The notes beneath the pieces were generated by a model. That model was not told the DNA's origin. It was given only the letters and a program-made list of their open reading frames with translations, and searched no databases. From Eledone cirrhosa (Eukaryota), in contig OZ024755.1 of the NCBI GenBank assembly GCA_964016885.1, positions 29,016,001 to 29,080,000 on the forward strand: a DNA stretch of 64,000 nucleotides, given 5' to 3'. The translations under genes and the position numbers were made by a program. Below, piece by piece: positions 26,876 to 40,215 of the stretch; position 1 is the stretch's first letter, and each line of letters begins with the position of its first letter.

Positions 26876-27033
26876 AGGCGGCGAATTTGCAGAGTCGTTA
26901 GAACGTTGGATTGAATGCTTTATGGTATTTGTTCCGGCTCGCTGATCTCTGAGTTCAAGTCCCATCGAGGTCAAATTTGCATTTAATCCTTTCGAGGTCA
27001 ATAAAAAAGTAACAGTGTAGTACTGGGGTTGAT
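26876..27033 (+). mobile_element. Older, diverged SINE subfamily copy
   Basis: GGCGGCGAATTTGCAGAGTCGTTAG...GAGTTCAAGTCC...CCTTTCGAGGTCAATAAA. Confidence 0.8.
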
Positions 27034-27274
27034 TTTTTAAACTATATCTCTTTATCATTTCCTCTCTCTCTCACTTTCTATATTTCTCTGGAAGAACTCT
27101 GTTGAACTCGGGCCTGGAGAGAGAGGGGCTCCACCAGGCATAAAACGCCCAAGAAACGCCGTATGTCACTACGGCGCCCCTACCACTCTATCAGGAGTTA
27201 CGGGCCCATATATACATCTATTGACGAACTAAAACATTGTTGTTGTACTTTTTGGTAATGTTAATTTTCACATA

Positions 27275-27458
27275 GGCGGTGGATTGGCAGTATCGGTGGA
27301 GGGTCGGACGCCATGCTTTCCAGCATAGTTACGTCCTTTTACGATCTGAGTTCAAATCCCGCCGAGGTTGACTTTGCCTTTCATCCTTACGGGGTCGATA
27401 AAATAAAGTACCAGTAATGCACTGGGTAATTGCTGGCCTTGTGCCTAAAGTAGAAACA
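27275..27458 (+). mobile_element. tRNA-derived SINE
   Basis: Full copy. GTTAATTTTC on both flanks. Confidence 0.92.
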
Positions 27459-27759
27459 GTTAATTTTCCTATACTTAAATATTAAAATGTTCATGATGAA
27501 AAATAATAAATATGACGCTCATTTTCTGCCATTAAGTTTTTCATTAATACATTACATACTCAGTTACTCCAAGATCAATTGAATACGAGAAAATGCTTTG
27601 TTGACCTGCTAGAGAGATACTTGGCAAACGCTGTCAGTTGACTTACAAAATATTAGATTCATTCTACAAAACATATATTAAGTATTTTAGGTGGAGGGAG
27701 TCGTGTCGCTAACTTTCGACAATAATTTTCATTAATGTAATAGTCCTTATTTTTATAAC

Positions 27760-28705
27760 GGATGTAAAAACCAAACTCGCTATCTTCTATCCGGTATTTG
27801 TGCCAACCCTTACTTATGGGCATGAATCTTGGGTAATGATCGAAATAATACGATCACGCATTCTAGCGGTTGAAATGGGGGTTCCTCCAAATGGTGTCGG
27901 GTATCAGAGAGTCACTCCAGATAGAGCTGCTACTTCTCCGAATTGAGAGATCACAGCTCCGCTACTATGAGCATGTGGTTAGAATGTCTCAGGAGTTCAG
28001 AGAGTCACTCCAGGTAGAGCTGCTACTTCTCCGAATTGAGAGATCACAGCTCCGCTACTATGGGCACGTGGTTAGAATGTCTCAGGAGTTCAGAGAGTCA
28101 CTCCAGGTAGAGCTGCTACTTCTCCGAATTGAGAGATCACAGCTCCGCTTCTATGGGCACGTGGTTAGAATGTCTCAGGAGTTCAGAGAGTCACTCCAGG
28201 TAGAGCTGCTACTTCTCCGAATTGAGAGATCACAGCTCCGCTTCTATGAGCACGTGGTTAGAATGTCTCAGGAGTTCAGAGAGTCACTCCAGGTAGAGCT
28301 GCTACTTCTCCGAATTGAGAGATCACAGCTCCGCTACTATGAGCATGTGGTTAGAATGTCTCAGGAGTTCAGAGAGTCACTCCAGGTAGAGCTGCTACTT
28401 CTCCGAATTGAGAGATCACAGCTCCGCTACTATGAGCATGTGGTTAGAATGTCTCAGGAGTTCAGAGAGTCACTCCAGATAGAGCTGCTACTTCTCCGAA
28501 CTGAGAGATCGCAGCTCCGCTTCTATGGGCACGTGGTTAGAATGTCTCAGGAAAGAATCGCTGGAGAGATTTTACGGGCAAAACCAACTTGTAGGAGACC
28601 CGGGCGTAGACTCCGAGCAAGATGGTGGGATAACATCCATGAGCTTGGCTGGTAACGCTTAGGGGTCCAGCCGGAGCATCGGTAGACGGGTGCCTCTGAC
28701 ATGAC
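27760..28705 (+). mobile_element. RTE LINE 3' fragment with an internal 93-bp array
   Basis: PTLTYGHESW...AVEMGFL...LRYYGHVVRM...RRPGRRLRARWWDNI. Confidence 0.88.
27904..28552 (+). repeat. 93-bp in-frame tandem array x7 (31 aa unit)
   Basis: Units start at 27904, 27997, 28090 ... 28462 and translate as RESLQVELLLLRIERSQLRYYEHVVRMSQEF. Confidence 0.97.
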
Positions 28706-28711
28706 CTCCGT

Positions 28712-29411
28712 GAAGATAAAAGGCAAAGCTAACCTCGGCGGGATTTGAACTCAGAACATAAAGGGTCATAACTCTATGCTTCAAAGCATGGCGTCTGACG
28801 CGCAACCGATTCTACCAATGCCCTAAATATTTTTAACTTTTGGCACAAGGCCAGCAATTAGCCCAGTGCGTTATTTTATTTTATCAACCCCGTAAGGATG
28901 AAAGGCAAAGCTAACCTCGGTGGGACTTGAACTCAGAACATAAAGGGCCATGACTCTATGCCGCGAAGCATGCTGTCTGATGCTCTACCGAGTAATAATT
29001 GTTTCTACTTTTGGCCCAAGGCCGGCAATTATCCAGTACATTACTGGTGCTTTATTTTATCGACCCCGTAAGTATGAAAGGCAAAGTTAACCTCGGCGGG
29101 ATTTGAACTCAGACCATAAAGAGCCGTAACTCTATGCTGTAAAGCATGGCGTCCGACCCTCTGCCGATATTGCCAATCCACCACCAAGTGCTCTACCGAG
29201 TAATAATTGTTTCTACTTTTGGCACAAGGCCAGCAATTACCCAGTACATTACTGGTACTTTATTTTATCGACCCCGTAAGGATGAAAGGCAAAGTTAACC
29301 TCAGCGGGATTTGAACTCAGACAATTAAGAGCCGTAACTCTATGCTGTAAAGCATGGCGTCCGACCCTCTACTGATACTGCCAATCCACCAGCAAGTGCT
29401 CTACCGAGTAA
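28712..29411 (-). mobile_element. Four head-to-tail SINE copies
   Basis: Minus-strand SINE cores. TGCTCTACCGAGTAATAA recurs at 28981, 29189 and 29397 (208-bp period). Confidence 0.9.
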
Positions 29412-30081
29412 TAATGAACAATAGTAAGAAAAAAAAAAGTGCCTAACAGAGCAGATGAAAAGTGGGAAGAATAGTGAAGCTGGCATGATGTTTGATAAGG
29501 AATATTTCTCTACCTCCACTTGTGAAACTAAACAATTCCCATATTTTTTTTTTACATGGGAATGCTCTACTTTCTCTATGTCCTTAATTGTTTGTGTTTG
29601 TTTAGTATATTTAGCTTTGTCTCGCATAAGAATGGTTGATTTTTAAAATTCATGGTATGTATATGATGTATGTGAATTATTACTACCTTGTGTTTCTCAT
29701 TACATAAAATGGCTCTATACATCTATAAATGTATATAAAAAGTTGGTGTGTGTATACGTTGCCTGTTTTCTATTTATCTTAAACATACGATGACATAAAG
29801 CTTATGTTCAGGATGTTTATCACGAGACGAAAAATCTACAGCTAAAATAACACCTGCTCTATTATATATTATCAGATGATTTCGCATGCCCCTCCTCTTT
29901 TGTCTATATGTTTGCATGCATGGATATATAAGTGTAGGGGTGAAAGGATGGATTCATTCAATCGTATTGTTTCATTTATGAGTAACACACTATAGGTATT
30001 TCCTTCTCTCATCTTGGCCCTTCATACTCTCGTTTGTGTACACACACACATACATACACACATATATATATATACACATAT

Positions 30082-30244
30082 GAAAAGATTGAGGACCCCG
30101 ACGTTGAGCGCCGGCCGTTTTGACAGTTAAATTCGACAGCTACATCCGGAGCTCAGCCGTCGGTGTCCTGTATCTTTTCATATTACCAACTCTACCCCCC
30201 CCCCCCCCTTCCAGTATCGAGTACTCCGGTTGGGTTATGGTCCA
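30082..30244. mobile_element. Family H element (degenerate palindrome)
   Basis: GGACCCCGACG...GGCCGTTT is inverted to CCGGAGCTCAGCCGTCGG, followed by the family 3' end. Confidence 0.75.
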
Positions 30245-30752
30245 CAGACTGATTAATTGCATAAGTTTATTTAAAAACAACCCAGTCGAGAGCTTAATTC
30301 CTTTACACATTTTGAATGCACCCGCCTAAAACCGGGGTTACCTCCCTTGCAGGGTAACCATGTGGGGTAGTCACTTCACTGCTACTTCATTGGAACCCGG
30401 TAGGCGGCTGATAACAGAAAACATGTTGACAAAATGTCTACCTTGTTCGATCGTTATACCAAAAGCTTACAACGAAAGCAGACAGTATAATTGATTTAGA
30501 GGTCACAGAAACCTCGCATTGAATTTTACCAACACTTTCCAGGAGGTCCAGGCAATCTTTTGTTAACCAGTTTAGCTTGTTTCTTTTTTTAGGCTATGCT
30601 GGCTGATGGCTTCACGACCACTGTTTTCATTTTATCTGGCCTTTATAACGCATGTTAATTGCTCTGGTTTCTTCTCAGTTGAACGATTGCCGGCTTATCT
30701 CGAGGATTGCGTTTCGTTTTGTTTTGGCCACCGCCGAAATACGATCTCGCTG

Positions 30753-30840
<88 letters not shown>

Positions 30841-30843
<3 letters not shown>

Positions 30844-31496
30844 TGTGAGGACACATGCATTTTTAGTGATTATTTTATTTGATTAGTTTTTTTTATTGAA
30901 CTTCTATTTTAGAAAATAACTATGAAAATAACTATGCTTACTAATGAAATGAAAAGGCATGTTGTGATTGTGGCTTTGAAGGCTAAGCATGGTGATTTAG
31001 AAATTTCTCTTTTTCTGAAAGTTGCAAGATCGTTTGACCACAAGATTCGGTGTGAGTTAGAGAGTGAAGATGGAAGCGTATTACCTGTATCATAACGTAA
31101 AAAACATTCCAAATACTCTGATTCTATCAGGACACCTGAATTTATTCAGGAAGTTAACCAAAACATTGATGACAATCCAGGAAAATCAATGACGTCAATT
31201 GCAAAAAATGTTGATATGTCAAAAAAGACAATCAGAAATGTTGTGCATAAATACATCAGATACAAATCTTACGTGGTGAGGAGAGGTCAATTCATGTCAG
31301 AAAAAAAAAAAGAAAACCGTTTAATCAGATCCAAAAGACTTTTGAACAAATTTAAAAATCCATCAGAAGATGATGTGATTTGGTTTTACTCAGATGTGAA
31401 AAGCTTCGGACCAGAATGGTAACAGAAGAAATGACAGGTGGCTATGTGCCGACCCTTCTGAGGTTCCAAGAGTAATGCACACAACATTTCCTGCAA
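30841..31496 (+). pseudogene. Tc1/mariner-superfamily transposase 5' half (DD37D/maT-like), disrupted
   Basis: Starts TA-CAGTG. Translation: MKRHVVIVALKAKH...RTPEFIQEV...NPGKSMTSIAK...YKSY...WFYSD...NRRNDRWLCADPSEVPRVMHTTFPA, with a stop and a frameshift. Confidence 0.85.
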
Positions 31497-33387
31497 GACT
31501 GGAAGTCTGTCAGATGTACTTTACCAGTAATTCAATAGGCCGCCCCTGTCACCCAATGACTGGAAGTCTGTCAGATGTACTTTACCAGTAATTCAATAGG
31601 CCGTCCATGTCACCCAATGACTGGAAGTCCGTCAGATGTACTTTACCAGTAATTCAATAGGCCGCCCCTGTCACCCAATGCCTGGAAGTCTGTCAGATGT
31701 ACTTTACCAGTAATTCAATAGGCCGTCCCTGTCACCCAATGCCTGGAAGTCTGTCAGATGTACTTTACCAGTAATTCAATAGGCCGCCCATGTCACCCAA
31801 TGATTGAAAGTCCGTCAGCTGTACTTTACCAGTAATTCAATAGGCCGCCCCTGTCACCCAATGACTGAAAGTCCGTCAGATGTACTTTACCAGTAATTCA
31901 ATAGGCCGTCCATGTCACCCAATGCCTGGAAGTCCGTCAGATGTACTTTACCAGTAATTCAATAGGCCGCCCCTGTCACCCAATGACTGGAAGTCCGTCA
32001 GATGTACTTTACCAGTAATTCAATAGGCTGCCCCTGTCACCCAATGCCTGGAAGTCTGTCAGATGTACTTTACCAGTAATTCAATAGGCCGCCCCTGTCA
32101 CCCAATGACTGAAAGTCCGTCAGATGTACTTTACCAGTAATTCAATAGGCCGTGCATGTCACCCAATGCCTGGAAGTCCGTCAGATGTACTTTACCAGTA
32201 ATTCAATAGGCCGCCCTTGTCACCCAATGACTGGAAGTCCGTCAGATGTACTTTACCAGTAATTGAATAGGCTGCCCCTGTCACCCAATGCCTGGAAGTC
32301 TGTCAGATCTACTTTACCAGTAATTCAATAGGCCGCCCATGTCACCCAATGCCTGGAAGTCCGTCAGATGTACTTTACCAGTAATTCAATAGGCCGCCCC
32401 TGTCACCCAATGACTGGAAGTCTGTCAGATCTACTTTACCAGTAATTCAATAGGCCGTCCATGTCACCCAATGACTGGAAGTCTGTCAGATGTACTTTAC
32501 CAGTAATTCAATAGACCGCCCCTGTCACCCAATGACTGGAAGTCCGTCAGATGTACTTTACCAGTAATTCAATAGGCCGCCCATGTCACCCAATGACTGA
32601 AAGTCCGTCAGATGTACTTTACCAGTAATTCAATAGGCCGTCCATGTCACCCAATGCCTGGAAGTCCGTCAGATGTACTTTACCAGTAATTCAATAGGCC
32701 GCCCCTGTCACCCAATGACTGGAAGTCCGTCAGATGTACTTTACCAGTAATTCAATAGGCTGCCCCTGTCACCCAATGCCTGGAAGTCTGTCAGATGTAC
32801 TTTACCAGTAATTCAATAGGCCGCCCCTGTCACCCAATGACTGAAAGTCCGTCAGATGTACTTTACCAGTAATTCAATAGGCCGTGCATGTCACCCAATG
32901 CCTGGAAGTCCGTCAGATGTACTTTACCAGTAATTCAATAGGCCGCCCTTGTCACCCAATGACTGGAAGTCCGTCAGATGTACTTTACCAGTAATTGAAT
33001 AGGCTGCCCCTGTCACCCAATGCCTGGAAGTCTGTCAGATCTACTTTACCAGTAATTCAATAGGCCGCCCATGTCACCCAATGCCTGGAAGTCCGTCAGA
33101 TGTACTTTACCAGTTATTCAATAGGCCGCCCCTGTCACCCAATGACTGGAAGTCTGTCAGATCTACTTTACCAGTAATTCAATAGGCCGTCCATGTCACC
33201 CAATGACTGGAAGTCTGTCAGATGTACTTTACCAGTAATTCAATAGACCGCCCCTGTCACCCAATGACTGGAAGTCCGTCAGATGTACTTTACCAGTAAT
33301 TCAATAGGCCGCCCATGTCACCCAATGACTGGAAGTCCGTCAGATGTACTTTACCAGTAATTCAATAGGCTGTCTCTGTCACCCAGT
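31497..33387. repeat. 61-bp satellite x31 with 12-unit (732 bp) higher-order duplication
   Basis: Unit GACTGGAAGTCYGTCAGATGTACTTTACCAGTAATTCAATAGGCCGCCCCTGTCACCCAAT. Rare variants recur 732 bp apart. Confidence 0.96.
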
Positions 33388-33405
33388 GCAGCTCTGAGAA
33401 ATGTA

Positions 33406-33627
33406 CAGGGTGGACCAGAATTCATGACTCACGCGATTATTTATAGATCTATTAACACAAAATGTTATAAAACAGGTTAAGGATTATAATACCATATACA
33501 GGCATGAGATCATGATACGGTAAGCTTAGAATTGTACACATTTAATTAATGCGCTGCTTAGCTAAATCGGTTAAGAAATGTTAAGAAATATAATTAAGAA
33601 GCGAGTCATGAATTCTGGTCCACCATG
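33406..33627. mobile_element. Tc1/mariner-type MITE
   Basis: TA-CAGGGTGGACCAGAATTCATGACTC...GAGTCATGAATTCTGGTCCACCATG-TA. Confidence 0.88.
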
Positions 33628-33890
33628 TACATCTACCTGTACTTTAATTTCACAAGTTGGTTGTTCCATTGATCAAGCTAATGGACCGCTCATCGTCGAA
33701 AAGAGTGGAGGTCCTTTCCAGATCTCTGCGTGGGTATATCTTTCTAGCATATTAATTTACACAACATTTAAGCAGTAGAGGGTGTTATATTATACATTCG
33801 CGTGTATATTATTGCGATAAAATGAATAAATACAATATGTCGTTTCACTATCTCCTTGTAGACATATTCTATATGGCATCTACGTGTATA

Positions 33891-34030
33891 CTGTATTTCC
33901 CGGCGCTGAAGGCGCTTCGTCCTTGAGGACACACCCTAATTTTGACAACCAAAAATCCTCCAGGACGCATGGTAGATTCTGAGACTTATTTTAGGGGAAA
34001 AATTAGCGTCTTCCACGCCGGGAAATACGG
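33891..34030. mobile_element. pogo/Tc2-type MITE
   Basis: TA-CTGTATTTCCCGGCG...CGCCGGGAAATACGG-TA. A relative lies at 48657-48819. Confidence 0.85.
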
Positions 34031-35754
34031 TATATCAGAAGCAGCTTAAACACGCCTTAATAAAGTGAATTAACTGACACAATATAATGCTTTCATATAC
34101 ATTGAACGATGGAACAAGTTAAACAGGTTATACCACTATTACTGGAAGGGATAGAATGAATAATTTATAAAATGTGGTCAAGAATAATTAGTGAATATCA
34201 CATTATGTTTAAAAGGTATAATAATGTACGAGAAATTGCTGTCTTTTGAACTTCATTATATGTTATATTAAATGCGTCAATGTACATTTGGAAATTAAAA
34301 GAAACTGTATTGCATGACATACATATCAATTGAAATTTATTTAAATTAGTTTCGTACTGTATCAAATATATCCTTCTAGCTCTCAATTGAAAGATTGTCT
34401 TGCCTTGGGAACAATAAAAAAAAAGTGGAATAAATTATGGACATAATTGCAACAATTTCTTTCAAACCAAAAAGGGGATTCTACTTGATAATTATTATTT
34501 GAAGTGATCACAAATAATTTTTATGGATATGAATTTGTTGAGTTAGCTATAAATCTGTGGAATGTCTTCACGTGTGTTAAATAATAATTTTAAGTAGGAT
34601 AATTAGTGCATCCAAGCTGAGAGAACCAAGCAATTATGTTAAAGTTTAATATCAGACTTTAGATCTCACTCGTGCTATTAAAGCAGGCAAAATATGAATT
34701 GAAATTGTTAAGAAAAAAGTAGCTTCTCTACGAACGTTGTGTTAAAATAAATAGATTGTAATCCCTGCCCTCTTTTTTTTAATGAAAGCCTCCCTCAGTG
34801 AAAACAAACGAAGTACATTAATCGATGTGGACCTATTTTAAATATGTCTACTTAATGTTCTGGTATTGTACTTCCACTACCAGCTTGTAAAAGTCATAAA
34901 ATATCCCCAAAATCCTTATTAACAAGCATACTCCCCTTGCCCACGTAGTGTTAGATAATGTTAATTTTAAAACCAAACATTCACATTTTCGAACGCCTAC
35001 GAAGTTGATTGTTTGGAACTATCACCCTTGATTAAACATGTATATACTAAATATTTGCAACAGTGAAAAATTATGTATCGTTTCTTAGCAGAAGTTTCCT
35101 TCCTGTTAAAACATGGAGGAAGCAGGGTGGAGATGTCGCGAATAAAGACATGCAGTTTCCAACTGAATATTTAACGTCATTTAATGTCATCCAAAAGCTG
35201 CTTCTTCTACTGGATGAGTTTCTTTGTTTAGAAGATAATTTATATTTCCCCATATTTCCCATATGTATTCTCCAAAAGATTTCAACGGCCTCTTTGATAG
35301 AAAAATCATATAGAAAAGAAGACTTCATATTTCATGAGGAATAAATAAGAAAAAACCGATAATTTGATGGATCCCAATGGAGAAAACATGGTTTATTAGA
35401 ACGATAATTCTCTGCAAACCCGAAACTCATTTCGTTGAGTGTATTGCGAAGATTTCTTTGGAACGAATTTGAAACAAATTACCAAATAGGTAATTTTTCA
35501 GGCAAGTGAAAGATTTGTTGAAATTAACAAAGAGGAGTGCAGTTTCGTGCGTGTGATGTATCGGTATTCAATTATAGAGAAACCGTTCTTATATTGTCTT
35601 GGTAAAACACCTTGGGCAAGATCATTCACATCCAAGTTTAAACCATAGATGCTAACCTCAGAACTAAAATCAACGTAACATATTTCAGAAACTGTAATTT
35701 ATTGGATTTATAATTAAAAAGATTCCTACATATAGAGATTGAAATTGTAACGAA

Positions 35755-35940
35755 TGGTCTTCTTGTGACGCTAAACTCCGCCAGTTGCAGACTGCACAAA
35801 GTTTGATCACCAACAGCAGAGTTCAAAGAGCAAATATCAAGTCCAGTTCATAGGTTGACATTATCAAGCCATCGTTTTGGCTGCGGCCTCTGCTTCTCTT
35901 ACCAGCCAACCTTCCTTCTAGTTACAACCTACTCACACCA
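35755..35940 (-). mobile_element. RTE LINE 3' end
   Basis: LEGRLAGKRSRGR../RWLDNV. Terminal TCTGCAACTGGCGGAGTTTAGCGTCAC is shared with 62240-62268. Confidence 0.7.
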
Positions 35941-37751
35941 CGAATGGTATGGTCATATATTTAATAAATAGAGTATAAGGTCTACCTTAACAAAGAAGGC
36001 CCTGGATCCACTACACGGCTCTGAGCAGCCAGCGAGCAAAATATATTTCCTTATCGTTTAAATTTCGGTTTGGGTACATCTCGCATACACACCAAACCTG
36101 CATTTTCCATATAATATTTGTTCAATTGCGATTTTTATAGTTTATGATCTACCATATCTTAAAATTAAATTTGATATCGGTAATTAAATGCATTACAAAT
36201 AATATTTGTAATGGAAGTTTATTACAAATTACATTCGGCTCACCGCCTTAAGTTTCGTATGCTACTTTAAACCAAGTTTACGATAGGCCGGACAAAATAA
36301 TCCCTTACTCCGTTTCATCAATTGCTCTCTCCAAACATTTGTAGCTTCTAAACTTTGAACAATATTTATGTTTCTAAGCAATTTATGTCATAGGTAAATG
36401 ACTGCCTCACTTAAACTAGACACACTGTTTAGCCATTTGATGTGTTTGTCTTCTTCCACTGTTCTATGCACCAATATACAGAGTATATACAGACTAATCT
36501 ACAATCGTATCGAACTATACACTTGGGAATGAATAACGAAATTTTGGATATGAGAGTTTTTTTTATGTGAAAAATATGAAGTATAAATACCCTGTATCTA
36601 GCGTATTTCTAACTTTAGTTGCCCTCAAATGATTTACTTAAGGGACTTCGGAATAAAAGTAATCAAACGCCAACAACATAAGACTTAATGTTAACATTGC
36701 CTGAACGATTGTATTCCCAAATCTCCTTCAACTCACATTCCATTGTGTTAAACAAAGAAGCATACATTTCATATATGTAACGGTCGTTGTCTGGCTTTTT
36801 TCAGACCTGCTATGGCATCTTAACAGCAAATATTCTATATTTAGTATATCGTGTGTGTTTTCCCGTAAAAGTAAGAAATATTTTCATGTTATATTTGCTT
36901 TAATAGATGAATGAAAAATTACGATAATACATCGTTGATTATCTTAAATCGAGGATCTTTGTATATTGTATGTTATACAGTTGAGCCAGATAGTAAGCGT
37001 GTTTGTTTTCTTAAATATAGCATCCTGAATACGTTTATATTTCTGTGTTTTATTGCATACTCTGAATTATTTTCGTGTTCTTCTCTAGATAACTTTATTT
37101 TAATCCTAATTTTCTTACTGCCACACTGTAAATATGTTTGAGCGGTCTCTTGGAATGGTGCGTAAGCTTAAACATTGAAGATTTTACTATTTATTTAATG
37201 AACAACTATTTATTTATTTAAACAACTGTCCTGAACATTTTGTAATATTTGAAGATACACGTACGATTTTCGTTTCCAAGGCAACAACTTATACATTTGA
37301 GGAAAGTAATTATATTTACGGACGCTATTTTTCCTTTTGTTCCTGATAATATACACGTCACTGAACACTTGAAATGATTGGAGTATTCATCTTGAATGTC
37401 TAGTGTTTAAATATGGTAGCAGCTAATCCATTAGTCATTGTATGTTGAAAGATATATTGTGATCTGTTCTTATATACGTGATGTTCATTTAGCAAGATGT
37501 GGGTGGGGCGTCGACTAAATGTTCTTCTCACTAAGATTCTGGACATACCAACAACGACCATCAGGATTGTGTTTTTCAAGATGTCATTCATAATTGCGAT
37601 TTATGGTTTCCAAGTAGATTGATGACATTTTATTATTGTTTATATCAAAACAAACTTTGGCTGGTTCTACAGAAGATTATAACTCTTCTAATCAACTAAT
37701 GAGCACTCTTGACTTCATAGAAAATAGTATCTAGTCTTCATATATATATAT

Positions 37752-37939
37752 AATTGTTTCTACTTTTGGCACAAGGCCAGCAATTACCCAGTGCATTACT
37801 GGTACTTTATTTTATCGACCCCGTAAGGATGAAAGGCAAAGTAAACCTCGGCGGGATTTGAAGTCAGAATGGCAAGGGCCGTAACTCTATGCGTCAAAGC
37901 ATGGCGTCCGACCCTCTACCAATACTGCTAATCCACCGC
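37752..37939 (-). mobile_element. tRNA-derived SINE
   Basis: Full copy on the minus strand. Confidence 0.92.
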
Positions 37940-38213
37940 TAATTATATATATATATAATATTATTCAAAATATTAATAAATGCGAAATATCATAACCAAA
38001 GTATATATTTTATTATACACATTTCAAAGGTACAATGGTGTTTCAGTACGTTTCCATCAGATAAAATATATAAATATAAGAGATTGGATATGCGACATTC
38101 CGCTAAGGTACTTGAATCATCAATTCCTGTATATATGTATATACATATGTGTGTGTGTGTGTGATAGTACGAGGTCAGTATTCGACGCACAGCAGAGTGT
38201 ATATAAGAACAAA

Positions 38214-38400
38214 GTGGAGATATTACCAGTATCGGTAGAGGGTCGGACGCCATGCTTTCACGCATAGAGTTACGGCCCTTGCCATTCTGAGTTCAAATCC
38301 CGCCGAGGTTAACTTTGCCTTTCATCCTTACGGGGTCGATAAAATAAAGTACCAGTAATGTACTGGGTAATTGCTGGCCTTGTGCCGAAAGTAGAAACAA
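38214..38400 (+). mobile_element. tRNA-derived SINE
   Basis: Near-full copy, inverted relative to 37752-37939. Confidence 0.9.
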
Positions 38401-38759
38401 TTATATATATATATATATTATCATTTTTATTTATTTATATATTTATATATTTATATATTTATGTTCATATATGTATATATAAATATATATGTGTGTGTAT
38501 GCATATATGTATGTATTTAAATGTATATATGTGTATGTTTATATATGCCAGCTCGCTCCTCAGCGCTACTGGTAGCATGTAACCCAGTATAACCTATGAA
38601 ATGTTGGGTCGTCGGCGACTAAACCGGCAACCCCACTAAGCTTGCTTGGTGAGGAGGGTGAATTTGGACACCCAGAGGGGTGAAAAATAAAACCCATCAA
38701 AGGGCGCAGGAACTCGGGAGAGTGAACGACCATCCAATAATTTTTTTTTTTTATTACGT

Positions 38760-39060
38760 GGAGCAAGAGACCTCTACTCTTTATTAAGACATCCCTCTAG
38801 AAGAAGGTCACTCTGATATAAAACCTACGTCTTTGTTTACATCCAATGATGTAGACCAGTTCTTTTTGGGCAAATGCATTAGATGTTGAGAGAGTGGGAT
38901 TGGCCCCGTGCAAAGCCTTTCCTCCCTTAAAAAAAGCTTCAAGCGTAGGCATCGCTTGATATGTGATATTTTTGCGTTGCCTGGTATTGCTGGCCATAGG
39001 AAAGTCCCTAGCAGGACCAAAAAGCCACGTCCGTTATACTCATACTTAAGCATCAAGCGA
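38760..39060 (-). mobile_element. Decayed RTE-like endonuclease fragment
   Basis: Frameshifted ..SDAYA.. and ELVYIIG/DVNKDVG, resembling the SAYAPT and LIILGDFNARVG motifs. Confidence 0.4.
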
Positions 39061-39094
39061 TGGCATTACTCGAAATTGAGTTACAGCCACCATG

Positions 39095-39171
<77 letters not shown>

Positions 39172-39983
39172 TTAGTTATACTATTTATGGTTATGTAAAC
39201 ACAAAACCTTAAGCAGTTGTAAGTATTTTACACACACCCTAAATAGTGGTAGGCAGTAATGTATTACTACCTTATTACCAGTAAGTTAAGTAGCTCAATG
39301 TAAAAACATCAGATGATTTACAGAGCAGTTATATGAAATATAAGAATCAAAGAACTGTTCAAAACATTATTGTGCTTACAGCTGTTTCCTCCAAACCGAG
39401 GTTTGGATTCTTCGGAGCAATTTATTAATGCATGGACAGTTATATGGCCTCCTTTTCAGCCGAGAGACATACCAACACATATTCAAACATTGATACATAT
39501 TCAAACATTGATACATATTCAAACATTGTGGGTTAACATTCATTACAGAATTTAGAGTGGCAGTACACACTTCGAGATTACATTTATATTAATAGGTACA
39601 ATCAAAAATCAAAGATATAGGTTAAAGTACAACATGAAGATAAGTGGTTATATAGTGCAAATGTTATATGTGTGGCACGCATGTGCGTCTTGTTTATATA
39701 GTGTGGCAGAGAGATATGTGTGGTAGAGGCACTTAGGTAGGTAAATAAGAGTGTTAGGTTGGTAGATCTGGTGGCAAAGTCTTTATATGATTGATGTAGT
39801 CTGTGTGTGGAGAAATATTATAAGCATTAAAGATAGTGCAAGCATTAAAAGTGTTATAAGTATTGGAGATGCACAGCGCAGGGATGTCAAGTAATTCATG
39901 TACTTCGGCATTTTCATGGTCATATATTTCATATATATATATATATAAATAGTCAGCCACCATTATATATATATATATATATA

Positions 39984-40117
39984 AATAGTCAGGACCCCGA
40001 CGTATAAACGCCGGCCGTTTCTACAATTAAATAATGAGTACTCTGGTGCGTTATGGTCCATCTGGTATCTTACCACACCCTCTCTGTCGTTATATATACG
40101 CATATACATACACACAT

Positions 40118-40215
<98 letters not shown>

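Noticed and set aside
31497-33387. CRISPR-like periodicity (also 17730-18222 and 13377-13864)
   Set aside because: Units repeat in full with no unique spacers, there are no cas genes, and the context is eukaryotic.
35763-35790. 28-bp sequence shared with 62240-62268 as a conserved regulatory element
   Set aside because: Explained as the common 3' terminus of two truncated RTE copies.
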